Shown: positions 35,749-45,176 of the stretch, piece by piece
How the letters are laid out: each line of letters starts with the position of its first letter
Numbering within the stretch: the first letter of the stretch is position 1
Assembly (NCBI GenBank): GCA_002722735.1
Contig: PBMR01000009.1
Span: 42,881 to 106,880, forward strand
Source: Methanobacteriota archaeon
GTDB taxonomy: Archaea > Thermoplasmatota > Poseidoniia > Poseidoniales > Thalassarchaeaceae
Reading direction: 5' to 3'
DNA: 64,000 nt
Program-made: the position numbers and the translations under genes
Notes under the pieces: model-generated
Databases searched by the model: none
What the model was told of the DNA's origin: nothing
Seen by the model: only the letters and a program-made list of their open reading frames with translations

Positions 35749-36804
35749 CTATCTTTCTGAGATCTGCATTTGCCATGAGAGTTCATCAATCCAAAGTCCC
35801 AATGTGTTCTTGTCAACGAACTCAAGACTCGATTCTGCGGATAGCACGCATTCACAAGCAGCGGCCACCAAAGAGGTAGCGTCCAGTATGCTGTAACCAT
35901 GTCCGAGAGCGGCTGCAAGTGCGGTTGCAGCAGCATCATGGAGCCCAATCTGTTGCTCCGGAGCAGGTGCCATGCAGGGAATGTGTACATCTGAACCGTC
36001 CGATTGGTACAGAGAAACCCCGTCGACCCCACCTAGTGTTACGAGGGCTTCCCAACCATATGTTTCAAGAAGATGAGCTGCAGTTTCACGGGTGCTTTCA
36101 AGCATCAAGCGCCTCCTAAGTAGCTCCATTCCTCGAATTTCGAATAGAATTACGGTGGCATCTCTGCTTTTCTCGAGACCCGTAAGTTTTGGGTCAACAA
36201 TTACTGGAATTCCAAGATTGCGTGCCTCATGAATTAGCATTGCGGCACCGGTCTGGCTAATTGCCCCCTTGTCATAGTCCGATATGACCAGTGCACAACT
36301 GTTCTCCAATGAATCGAAGGCTGATATGGTCAATACTTCAGAAATCTCCACAGGAAGTGGCTCTAAGGGCCCCCGATCAGCTTGGAGCAGAATCTGACTC
36401 TTTTCTAAGAGGCTTTCCCTGCTACCGTAGAACCTAATTTTAGTCAGAGTCTTCATCTCATCCACTACAGCGATGTGTTCTCTGGAGATTCCGCGGTCTG
36501 AAAGCATCTCCAAGACGGTCGCACCTTCCTGATCACCACCGACACAAGTGTGGAAGATCACTTGCATTCCAAGTGAGTTTAGGCCCAATGCTATGTGAGC
36601 CGAAGCTCCCGGAGACTCCTCAGAGCGTATGACCTTCATCACAGGCACCGGAGCGGTGGAATTGAGGTTATTTGCGAATCCGTGATGATATCTGTCTAGC
36701 ATTGTGTCACCAATTAAGGTGACCCTTGAGCCATCGATATCGTCGAGGAGGGCCCGTAATCTCTTGAGGCAGTCAACGCGCTCAAGTACCGTCTCGCTCA
36801 TCAT
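35749..36804 (-). CDS. PfkB-family sugar kinase, RfaE/HldE domain-I-like (heptose-7-phosphate kinase-like)
   Basis: RVTLIGDTMLDRYHHG......APVPV....E..PGASAHIALGLNSLG matches the HldE kinase N-terminus. No adenylyltransferase domain. Confidence 0.65.
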   Translation of the reverse strand: MMSETVLERVDCLKRLRALLDDIDGSRVTLIGDTMLDRYHHGFANNLNSTAPVPVMKVIRSEESPGASAHIALGLNSLGMQVIFHTCVGGDQEGATVLEMLSDRGISREHIAVVDEMKTLTKIRFYGSRESLLEKSQILLQADRGPLEPLPVEISEVLTISAFDSLENSCALVISDYDKGAISQTGAAMLIHEARNLGIPVIVDPKLTGLEKSRDATVILFEIRGMELLRRRLMLESTRETAAHLLETYGWEALVTLGGVDGVSLYQSDGSDVHIPCMAPAPEQQIGLHDAAATALAAALGHGYSILDATSLVAAACECVLSAESSLEFVDKNTLGLWIDELSWQMQISER

Positions 36805-36816
36805 TCAGTATCGCCC

Positions 36817-37905
36817 ATGGGGGGACGACAGATGAGATTTGGGGATACCGTCTATATCAAATCGCCAACGCCCACATTACAGATGCAGCAGGTAGAAGGT
36901 GGATGGAAGTACCTAGGACAATCCGTAAATAGGCTGTGGGACAAGTCCGCTATTGGCCATCCCGACGGGGAAGGGGGATTGATACTATCCGACTCCGAGG
37001 TAATATTCTGCCACGATCACAGAAATTTGCCATGGCCTAGTCCGAATTGGCTGAGTCAATGCATATCGACTAAGCCAAATGTGCTATTCGAAGCCGCGGT
37101 CATGGAAGCCCTGAGGGTTCCTGGGAACAAGATTGTCACCCAATGTCCGATTTACCCATTGGACCTGGATATCTCCGAGGGTACGTGGGGGCTACGTTGG
37201 CCATCAAACTCCCACCCCGGCAAGGAAGAGGCCGAGGCCGAAGTCAGATGGTTTCACTCAACCGATGGTCTGGATGTGGACGATCTGTTTCGATGGTGCG
37301 TTTCCGTCATTGGAAAGGGCAAATTTGCCGAGGTACTTATTGTCGATGACGAGCATTCAGTCGTGACGTACAGGTTGCTTCCATCGGAGCCATCAGGGAG
37401 GGTTCCCCAGCCTACGATCGAAGAGATTTCATCTATATCTTCCATCCAATCAGTTGAACTATCCAACGGGGGGGCATACTTCTCTGGCTTTGGGAACTGG
37501 GCTTGCGAAGCCATAGGGATACCATTGCATGAAGGCCGGCAATTGGGGCCATATGAGATTGAGATTGTCTCAGTGGGAATGGCCGGAACCTCCGCGTGTT
37601 TATCCATCGGTGCTAGCATTTTGCGTGATCTCTTGAAGAGAGGACTCCATCCCCGCCCCGGATTCAAGTACGGCACCCGATGGAGGTGCTACGATGCTCC
37701 TCTCGGAGAGGGGCACGCTCCCTGGTTAGTTATCGATCCCACTGATGCACCAAAGGATTGGGGGGCTGCCTGCCTAGGATCAAGACTGGCATCGGGCGTG
37801 AATAAGCGTTGGCTCCACCCCATCCTCGTCGAAGGGGTTTGGAGGTTCTTGGAAGTAGCTAGGCCACCGCCTGACAGGAGATGGGCAAACCCAACTCGCA
37901 AGTAG
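36817..37905 (+). CDS. endA: tRNA-splicing endonuclease (tRNA-intron lyase), duplicated-domain type
   Basis: C-terminal catalytic domain RPGFKYGTRWRCYD....GHAPWLV.....SRLASGVNKRWL (Y/H/K triad pattern). The N-terminal half has the size of a degenerate repeat. Confidence 0.75.
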   Translation: MGGRQMRFGDTVYIKSPTPTLQMQQVEGGWKYLGQSVNRLWDKSAIGHPDGEGGLILSDSEVIFCHDHRNLPWPSPNWLSQCISTKPNVLFEAAVMEALRVPGNKIVTQCPIYPLDLDISEGTWGLRWPSNSHPGKEEAEAEVRWFHSTDGLDVDDLFRWCVSVIGKGKFAEVLIVDDEHSVVTYRLLPSEPSGRVPQPTIEEISSISSIQSVELSNGGAYFSGFGNWACEAIGIPLHEGRQLGPYEIEIVSVGMAGTSACLSIGASILRDLLKRGLHPRPGFKYGTRWRCYDAPLGEGHAPWLVIDPTDAPKDWGAACLGSRLASGVNKRWLHPILVEGVWRFLEVARPPPDRRWANPTRK

Positions 37906-39936
37906 CTACTCTTCGGCTAGACCGAAATGATGGCTTCCTTGTACATGTTTTCGCGAAGACCCATCCTCGTGGACACCCCTCTTTCCGGTAGCCACAGAGG
38001 CAGCCAATAGCAAGCATATCAGGGAGAGGGCATTTGAAGGGGAATTCAACCAAGCTAAGGTCCCGCCCAGGGGGAATTCACTTTCAGCTTTGATAACTAG
38101 GGGTATACGCTGCTCTAGATTATTCGAGTCGGTAAGAACCAACTCCCCCCTAGCTATCATCCCCGGTTCAAGAAGGCCGGTGGGGGTGACACTCAGAATT
38201 ATAGGATCGCCGGGATATATCGTACCTTGGGAGTCAACCGCCGCGATCCTATTAACAGCGCCGTCAATCGCTATTGAATACGTTCTCGGGCTATCGCCAT
38301 CGTAGTGTGGCATCAGTTCGACAATTGAGTCTTTGTCCCAGGGCACTGTCTGCTCTATTGTTGAGTCGGATACCCGATGCCCAATTAGGTACCAATCAAG
38401 TTTGAAATTGGTTTCAGGCATTCCCTCGCAACCAATAGCACCCATCAAAATGCCATGGTCGGCCGCGACTGCATCAATGGTGAGTATGGGTATTTCATGG
38501 CGACCAGCATCGAGCTGGATTTGAGTCTCCTCGGTTGATGATGAATCAGGCGATAGGTCGACCGATAATGTGCAATTTACTTCCAGGGTGACGTCAGCGA
38601 ACGCTGACTCCGTGGCAAGCAATGCGATAGGTGATCTAGGCGTCATCACGATAGTTTGGGGATCAGAATTCGGGACGAAGTAGACAGTAGCCCTAGTGGC
38701 CGTGAGATTGGAAATGGTGACGGCCCATGGAGCCATTCGGCCCCTTGAGTCACGTATTTTCATCCCCTCATTCCCGAATACATCACCTTCGGTAAAGACA
38801 TCGCCAAGGCTCCCATAGTCTCTGCCCCTCAGCAGGGCGTCATCCCCATCTGCCTCAACGACCTTGGCCCAGGCTTTGCTTGGGTCCGTATTCACGAGAT
38901 TGTCCTCCAAATCGCCGTAGTTTCGATCTTGTTGCTCAACAAGAATCCCATGCCCGGGCAAACCCGCGTCGAATCCTGAATCGGATCTCAACGATATCCA
39001 AATATGTTCTCCAGGTCCTAAGTCAATCCTCAGTTGTGATCCCCCCTCAGAGATTGGAGTTAGAGTATAGGAGTTTGGGGCCGAGGAGTCAATGGCTATT
39101 GTCGAGCTAGCACCTATCAGATCCAATGTTGACGCCCCGGGCATGGAAGGAAGATTTCCATCACCAATCCAATTCCCACTGGCCATAATGTCCCAATCAC
39201 CAAGGCCATTCCATTTTCTCGAAGGTGTTTCACTATGGACGTCATACAAGTCAACAGCGCCCATCTGATGGAGCATCTCGTGAATTATCACGCCCAAACC
39301 ACCATTGACTGATGCCATTGTGTAGTGCGCGAAGGAGAAATCACCAATATTGACGGGATCTTGGAAGGGGGAGTAGTGACTCCAGATCGAAGAGGCTGGC
39401 CCACCTAACTCCTGTGCTTCGCCTGAATGAAGAATCAACAGTCTGTCAACGACTCCATCACTATTGAGATCCCATTGTGAGAGGTCTATGTCGGGTGCTT
39501 GGCCCGATCCACTACCGAGTAAGTTGCTGATTGCTTCTGCGGCCAATTCTGACGCCCCCCCATGGTCCCCACCAACATCCCTCTCTTCGGAGGAATCTTG
39601 TCCCCATTGAGACTCGGAGTATCGTGAATGCCAGATTTCATCCACCATTGTGATGCTGAGGGAAGAACGCCCACCACTCATTTGCTCTATGTAGGATAGA
39701 GCGGATGTTTCACCGTCAATCAGAGCGAGAGGCAGATTTTCAGGAAATTCCTTGCTTGGGAAAGACACCTTCAGAACAAGCCAATGCTCGTCAGTTTGCA
39801 AACCGACGAGTCTGCCTTCATCGTCGAAGTTTAGTGCTTGTCGATCAAATGCTTCATCGACAAAGGTTGAATAAATCTGGGTTAATGTAGCAGCAGCCAA
39901 GAGGGCGACTGCTAGTAGCACGCGAGTTTTATCCAC
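37906..39936 (-). CDS. secreted zinc metalloprotease, M6 (immune inhibitor A)-like, C-terminal TM anchor
   Basis: Signal-like N-terminus. HEMLHQMGAVDLYD (HExxH followed by DLYD). C-terminal hydrophobic span. Confidence 0.7.
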   Translation of the reverse strand: MDKTRVLLAVALLAAATLTQIYSTFVDEAFDRQALNFDDEGRLVGLQTDEHWLVLKVSFPSKEFPENLPLALIDGETSALSYIEQMSGGRSSLSITMVDEIWHSRYSESQWGQDSSEERDVGGDHGGASELAAEAISNLLGSGSGQAPDIDLSQWDLNSDGVVDRLLILHSGEAQELGGPASSIWSHYSPFQDPVNIGDFSFAHYTMASVNGGLGVIIHEMLHQMGAVDLYDVHSETPSRKWNGLGDWDIMASGNWIGDGNLPSMPGASTLDLIGASSTIAIDSSAPNSYTLTPISEGGSQLRIDLGPGEHIWISLRSDSGFDAGLPGHGILVEQQDRNYGDLEDNLVNTDPSKAWAKVVEADGDDALLRGRDYGSLGDVFTEGDVFGNEGMKIRDSRGRMAPWAVTISNLTATRATVYFVPNSDPQTIVMTPRSPIALLATESAFADVTLEVNCTLSVDLSPDSSSTEETQIQLDAGRHEIPILTIDAVAADHGILMGAIGCEGMPETNFKLDWYLIGHRVSDSTIEQTVPWDKDSIVELMPHYDGDSPRTYSIAIDGAVNRIAAVDSQGTIYPGDPIILSVTPTGLLEPGMIARGELVLTDSNNLEQRIPLVIKAESEFPLGGTLAWLNSPSNALSLICLLLAASVATGKRGVHEDGSSRKHVQGSHHFGLAEE

Positions 39937-39980
39937 GGCATCTCGGCCGGACTAGGGGATTTCAAATCAATGCCCCTCTG

Positions 39981-41087
39981 CTATAGCAGTGCGTCGTTAA
40001 GTGAGTTGAGTCGCCAAGACTTGTCCTCCGAGTTCGTTTCGTCCAACCATCCGAGGCCGCTAATCCCGCAACCACGATTGCGTAGAGATGCCCGTAATTC
40101 TTTGGGCAGAGGGGCGCCATCACAACCAGAAACCACCAAGCGGTCTATGCCAGAGTGAAGGACCATGTCAAAGAGAGAGTCTTGCTCAGACGCGTACAGG
40201 CAAAGGGCATTGCACCGAGGAGTGGCTATTCCCGAGGGACGGAATTCTCGCGGGAATCTGGGACACGAGCCCTCGCATCCACAATCCAGCAAGGCGAGCC
40301 GGGGGATTTTGCCCATGGGGTCTAGCGATTTGGAAAGGGCGAGCCGGCGTCTTCCCAATGGGGCAACTGGTACAGTTCGGGACAAAGCGTCGGCGGAATA
40401 TGCGATACAAATAGCAATCAACAGCCTCAGGCCGTCGAATTCCACTGGAAGCGTGATAATCAATGTACCACCCGAGATTACGAGCATCCGGTATCTGAAT
40501 CTTGTCTCTGATCCTTCAATCAAGCCATACAACCTAGCTACGCCGATAGAAACCACTGTCAGAGACCATACTATCATTATCCATGACGCACCGAGGGTTA
40601 GTGAAAACAAGGAAGTCGCATCATAGCTAACACCTACCCCCTCCAGCGAACCCGTCAACTTGGCTAAATCAATGAACTTGGGCATGGCTAAGGTCCAAAT
40701 GACTATGACCAGAAGTGGCACCAGAATCGTGGAGATTAGTAGGACCGTGGACAACCACGAGCGTTCCCTAGGCAGCAATCCAGAATATGAGAACCTTCGG
40801 AAGAGGAGCGATGTCAGGGGTAATGCAGTAGTTAAGGCGAGGACCAATACCAATGACCATCTGATTTCAATCCAATCGAAGGGAGAATAGACGGAGAGGT
40901 TCTCGTTGTTTGGTCCTGTATGGAGGGGCAAAAGATCGAGCCAGGCCGAAATGACATCGCCCACGAGAAATGACCAGAATACGCACAGCAATCCCAATAC
41001 TACAATGATAGTTCTCAACAGCCTATGCAAGTCCGCAAGATGAAAGGAAATTTCCCCCTCGCCCCCATCGACGTGCAATCGGGCCAT
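39981..41087 (-). CDS. tatC: TatC-like Sec-independent translocase component with a ~120-aa Cys-rich C-terminal extension
   Basis: Residues 1-240 follow the TatC layout: FHLADLHRLL helix, six hydrophobic spans, ..SPF.WIEI.., LPRER and VSYDATSLFS. Residues 245-368 are soluble and hold 7 Cys (CGCEGSC, CNALC, SGCDG, GC). Confidence 0.7.
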   Translation of the reverse strand: MARLHVDGGEGEISFHLADLHRLLRTIIVVLGLLCVFWSFLVGDVISAWLDLLPLHTGPNNENLSVYSPFDWIEIRWSLVLVLALTTALPLTSLLFRRFSYSGLLPRERSWLSTVLLISTILVPLLVIVIWTLAMPKFIDLAKLTGSLEGVGVSYDATSLFSLTLGASWIMIVWSLTVVSIGVARLYGLIEGSETRFRYRMLVISGGTLIITLPVEFDGLRLLIAICIAYSADALSRTVPVAPLGRRRLALSKSLDPMGKIPRLALLDCGCEGSCPRFPREFRPSGIATPRCNALCLYASEQDSLFDMVLHSGIDRLVVSGCDGAPLPKELRASLRNRGCGISGLGWLDETNSEDKSWRLNSLNDALL

Positions 41088-41088
41088 G

Positions 41089-42111
41089 TCACATTAGGTC
41101 CTTTAGCCCGGGTTCCTTTCGAGCCGAGATTACAGTCCTGTAGACTCCGTATGCAGCCCAGGCACTGATTAGGAAAGCAGTGCCAATGGCAAAGTCTGCG
41201 AAATCCACCCCTTGGAATGGCATGGATTGACCGGAAGCAGACCATCTAACACCAAGGTAGAATGCGATGATGGAAACAAGGGCCCTTCGAATCCCTTGAG
41301 GATATGCTAATTCGCTTGCTAGGTACTGGGGCCCGTCATCGTATCGGCGCTCTAGAATCTCACGCTGGACGACTGCACCTACAAGGAGGGCAACGAGACT
41401 GGTCCAGAAGAAGAGGTTTCCTTGAGCGAATACCTTGGCAGCAAGAGCATCCTGTCGCTCTTGCTCGAGTTGCTCGTCAGACTCCTCAATCACGAAGAGA
41501 GTATCATAGGTTCCAACCGAAATCGTCCTAGTCTCCAGAGTGGAGGGGGATTCAGTGGTTGTGACGGTGCCCGGTGCGCTGATTGTGAACGAAAGGAGGT
41601 TCCAGTAATCCATATCATCGGGAACCCCCCCTCCATCGACGGAGTTCCCAACCAGCCAGAACTGAACTGGCCCCAAATCCTCGCTAGGAGCAGTCCAGCT
41701 CAAATGCCAAATGCCGTCACCGTCAGTCTCAGAATGGGAGACGTCGCCAGGGCGACCATCGGCGACTCTAATCTCTTGATCCCCCTCCCACTGGAACGAG
41801 CCTAATGAATCGGCAGAGAGCAGGAATCCGGCTTTGGCATTCCCATTGCCTCCCGAGAGGGTGAGGGAGTCCGCCACGGTAATAGTGAATTGGTACTCCT
41901 GAGATGTCTCATACATCAGGGGGACACCGGTAATCATGACGATTGCACGATCAGAGGGGGCGCCATTATTGTGGCAGGAGCAGCCGAACTTCACAGTGAG
42001 CTCATCATTGGAGTTCGAGGCGCTGGGACCAGCGCTCATGGCAATGGTGGGAATAGAGAGGGCTAACAGAGCAATTAGGCAAATGCCCAGTCTGTTAGCA
42101 CTCATTCGCAC
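41089..42111 (-). CDS. hypothetical exported protein: beta-rich ectodomain plus C-terminal 3-TM region
   Basis: Signal-like N-terminus (no RR motif). A GCSCH motif near the mature N-terminus. T/S-rich linker, acidic helix, then three hydrophobic spans. The TGA lies 1 nt before the tatC-like ATG. Confidence 0.55.
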   Translation of the reverse strand: MRMSANRLGICLIALLALSIPTIAMSAGPSASNSNDELTVKFGCSCHNNGAPSDRAIVMITGVPLMYETSQEYQFTITVADSLTLSGGNGNAKAGFLLSADSLGSFQWEGDQEIRVADGRPGDVSHSETDGDGIWHLSWTAPSEDLGPVQFWLVGNSVDGGGVPDDMDYWNLLSFTISAPGTVTTTESPSTLETRTISVGTYDTLFVIEESDEQLEQERQDALAAKVFAQGNLFFWTSLVALLVGAVVQREILERRYDDGPQYLASELAYPQGIRRALVSIIAFYLGVRWSASGQSMPFQGVDFADFAIGTAFLISAWAAYGVYRTVISARKEPGLKDLM

Positions 42112-42169
42112 TCTATCGCCTGTGTTGCCTCGTCAGCAGGAGTCTCATAACGGTTGGGGGACGTATGCT

Positions 42170-43597
42170 TCACAACTCCTTGATGGCTGCATTCAACTCG
42201 TTCATCATCTTCTTACCGTCACCAAAGAGCATCATGGTGGAGTCCTCGTAGAATAGGTCATTGTCAACCCCCGCATAACCAACAGAAAGGCTGCGCTTAA
42301 TGATGACTACAATTCTAGCAGCATCGGCATTGATGATGGGCATCCCACCAAGCGGCCCCTCGCCGCTTCTGGCCACCGGGTTGACAGTGTCATTGGCCCC
42401 GATTACCAAGGCCACATCCATTTCAGCCATTTCGTTATTGATGTCGTCCATCTCGATCAGCTTCTCGTATGGCACGTTGGCCTCGGCCATTAATACGTTC
42501 ATGTGACCGGGCATCCGACCAGCGACGGGGTGTATTCCGTAACTGACTTCAGCCCCCCTTGCTTCCATCAAATCGGCGAATTCCTTCACAGAGTGTTGGG
42601 CCTGGCTAACAGCCATGCCATAGCCGGGAATTACCACGCACTTGCTGATACCATCACAAATCATGGCAACCTCGACGGGATCACTGCCGACCTTGGTTCG
42701 AGAGAGCTGGGCCTTGTCTGCAGTCCCACCAAATGCCTTGAACAAGACGTCAGGCAGAGTCCTGTTCATCGCCTTGCACATTATGAACGTGAGGATGAGG
42801 CCAGCAGCGCCGACCATTGAACCAGCGATGATGAGGACGTTGTTGCCAATAACGAACCCGGTGAATGCAGCAGCAATGCCAGAGAGGGAATTCAGTAGAC
42901 TGACTACTACTGGCATGTCAGCACCCCCAATTGGCATGACGAATAGCACCCCGAGCAAGCTGGACAGGGCAACGATGCCCCAGATATAATCACTGTTCGA
43001 AGGGTCATCGATGGACAACAAAATCAGGCCCAGCGAGCCTAGCAGAAGGATTACCTTGACGCTATTGAGCCAAGAAGGCCCCCATGTAGGGAATCTGACC
43101 CACTTCCCCGAGAAGGGGATAACGAAGCCGCCCTTGAGCTTCATCATAGCAACGAGGGACCCGGTCAAGGTCATCCAGCCAACTAGCCCAGAGAGGCCAA
43201 TAGCAACCCAAATGACGTAGAGTTCTATGCCCGGATCAGGGATATCGCTCTCCTGAAGCCTATCCAGAACCTCTGAAAGGGCTACCAGCGCAGATGCCCC
43301 CCCACCGAAGCCGTTGAACAAAGCGACCAATTCTGGCATTCCAGTCATTTCGACCCTTGTCGCCATGAAGGCCCCAATAACGGACCCAAGAACCAGACCA
43401 CCGACAATCAGCTCCCAGCCGATTATCCCTTCGGAGTACATCCTAGACAGGGTTACTAAGACGGCCAATAGCATCCCCAAAGCCCCCAATCGGTTACCTC
43501 GTGGAGCAGTCTTGGGGCTGGATAGCTGCTTGATTCCGAAGATGAAAAGAGCTGCGGAGAACAGGTATCCAATATCCCAAACAGCCGCGCTCACCAT
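42170..43597 (-). CDS. pntB: NAD(P) transhydrogenase subunit beta
   Basis: Multi-TM N-terminal part plus dIII domain (GYGMAVSQAQH...YGIHPVAGRMPGHMNVLMAEANVPY, VIGANDTVNP). Confidence 0.9.
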   Translation of the reverse strand: MVSAAVWDIGYLFSAALFIFGIKQLSSPKTAPRGNRLGALGMLLAVLVTLSRMYSEGIIGWELIVGGLVLGSVIGAFMATRVEMTGMPELVALFNGFGGGASALVALSEVLDRLQESDIPDPGIELYVIWVAIGLSGLVGWMTLTGSLVAMMKLKGGFVIPFSGKWVRFPTWGPSWLNSVKVILLLGSLGLILLSIDDPSNSDYIWGIVALSSLLGVLFVMPIGGADMPVVVSLLNSLSGIAAAFTGFVIGNNVLIIAGSMVGAAGLILTFIMCKAMNRTLPDVLFKAFGGTADKAQLSRTKVGSDPVEVAMICDGISKCVVIPGYGMAVSQAQHSVKEFADLMEARGAEVSYGIHPVAGRMPGHMNVLMAEANVPYEKLIEMDDINNEMAEMDVALVIGANDTVNPVARSGEGPLGGMPIINADAARIVVIIKRSLSVGYAGVDNDLFYEDSTMMLFGDGKKMMNELNAAIKEL

Positions 43598-43918
43598 TCA
43601 ATCACCGCCCCTGCGTCGTTTGCCGGCGATCATCTCGAGCATCTTGTTGGTAACCATGAAGCCGCCAACAACGTTGATTGTGGCCATGACCAAGGCGATG
43701 AATGCAAACCATGCTGCAGTGCCCGGATCCCCTGAATCGAATGTGGTATTGGAGAGTATGAGCGCACCAACTATGGTAATCCCAGATATGGCGTTGGCAC
43801 CGGACATCAATGGCGTATGCAGCGTAGGGGGAACTTTGCTGATAAGTTCGAAACCGAGGAAGATTGCCAGTACGAAGACCGTGATGCTACCAACAAGCGC
43901 AGCAACAGTAAGGCTCAG
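43598..43918 (-). CDS. pntAB: NAD(P) transhydrogenase subunit alpha part 2 (membrane); initiation codon unresolved
   Basis: FVLAIFLGFELISKVPPTLHTPLMSGANAISGITIVGAL is the conserved PntAB signature. The frame is open from 43936 but has no ATG/GTG/TTG before 43813. The coordinates given assume a CTG overlapping the pntAA TGA. Confidence 0.65.
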   Translation of the reverse strand: MSLTVAALVGSITVFVLAIFLGFELISKVPPTLHTPLMSGANAISGITIVGALILSNTTFDSGDPGTAAWFAFIALVMATINVVGGFMVTNKMLEMIAGKRRRGGD

Positions 43919-45078
43919 TCTACCGCCCCCGCCAGTCTAGATTGCTTTGGGTGGATTTGCCCGTCACTACAAAGAAGAACACCACCCATTCCGGCAACGT
44001 GTAACTCATCACCCTCTGGTGCGCCAACAAGGACATCGTCTTCCATATCCAACACGAGTGTCCCGTCACTAACGAGCGTTGAGAGGAAGTTAGTCATATT
44101 GTTGGAATATAGCATGCTCGCTGTTGAAGGGAGCTCTCCAGGCAGGTTAGCGATACCGATGATGGCGACCCCGTTGTCCGTGGTCACAATCTCGCCCCGG
44201 CGGGTCAATTCACAATTTCCACCGACATCGGCGTTCATGTCAACTATCACTGCGCCGGGCTTGAAGGTAGAAACAGCCCTCTCAGGGACGGTAATGGGGG
44301 CGGCTCGGCCGAAAATCCTAGCAGTGGTAATCACCACATCAGCATCACGTGCGACCTCGCAAACGGTATCATTGACCCTCTGGATGAACTCTGGAGTCAG
44401 GGGCTTGGCATAGCCTGAATCATCTTCGAAATCATCCATTCCCTCAACCTCGATAAACCGGCCACCGACTGATTCGATCTGCTCAGCTGCCGATCTGCGC
44501 ACATCGGATGCATAGACCACGGCACCAAGCCTCTTGGCAGTGGAGATGGCTTGCAGCCCAGCCACTCCCGAGCCCATGACGACGAATTTTGCCGGACGGA
44601 TGGTGCCAGCGCTGGTAGTCATCATTGGGATGCCCCGGGGCACGTGAGCTGCACCCAAAAGGACGGCCTTGTAACCCGCGAGATTGTCTTGGCTAGAGTT
44701 CACATCCATAGCCTGAGCACGTGACAGCCTACGGGGAATCATGTCCATGCTCAGCAGCGTGATTCCGGCACAAACCGCCTCCTTGACTCTGCTTGGATGG
44801 CGGAAGGGATCTGCGACACAAGCAATAATCTGGCCCTTGGTCATAGGGGATACATCGGGCATGGATATGGATGAGACGATTTCGGATGAAAGTGCTGTTT
44901 TTTGATCTGAGATTGAGGCCCCGGCCTGCTCGTATTCGGAATCATCGTGATGTGACAAGATGCCGGCTGAGTGTTCGACGATAACTTCGAACCCTAGATT
45001 GCACAGCTTTTTGACGGAATTGGGGACGATGGAAACCCTTCGCTCATCCGCCGGCTCCTTCAGTACTCCTAAGCGCAC
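43915..45078 (-). CDS. pntAA: NAD(P) transhydrogenase subunit alpha part 1 (dI, NAD(H)-binding)
   Basis: MRLGVLKE....E.RV...P..V..L...G..V.VE..AG and the Rossmann motif VMGSGVAGLQAI (alanine dehydrogenase/PNT family). Confidence 0.9.
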   Translation of the reverse strand: MRLGVLKEPADERRVSIVPNSVKKLCNLGFEVIVEHSAGILSHHDDSEYEQAGASISDQKTALSSEIVSSISMPDVSPMTKGQIIACVADPFRHPSRVKEAVCAGITLLSMDMIPRRLSRAQAMDVNSSQDNLAGYKAVLLGAAHVPRGIPMMTTSAGTIRPAKFVVMGSGVAGLQAISTAKRLGAVVYASDVRRSAAEQIESVGGRFIEVEGMDDFEDDSGYAKPLTPEFIQRVNDTVCEVARDADVVITTARIFGRAAPITVPERAVSTFKPGAVIVDMNADVGGNCELTRRGEIVTTDNGVAIIGIANLPGELPSTASMLYSNNMTNFLSTLVSDGTLVLDMEDDVLVGAPEGDELHVAGMGGVLLCSDGQIHPKQSRLAGAVD

Positions 45079-45176
45079 TCAGACACCTCTTTGAAATGGT
45101 CCACGTATTGGACGAACCTCCCAATTGAAGACTGTTATTGAAACCGTCGGCCAAAGCCCCTCGAAGCCAAAGTAGC

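Noticed and set aside
41971-41982. The GCSCH motif in the exported 340-aa protein as a c-type heme attachment site served by the CcmE found in this window
   Set aside because: The spacing is CxCH, not the CXXCH (or the known CXXXCH/CXXCK) attachment motifs. ccmE is 19 kb away. I therefore do not call this protein a cytochrome.
43314-44413. Plus-strand ORFs 43314..43940 (208 aa) and 43817..44413 (198 aa)
   Set aside because: They are antisense to pntB/pntAB/pntAA, with Ser/Thr/Pro/Ala-rich shadow-frame composition.
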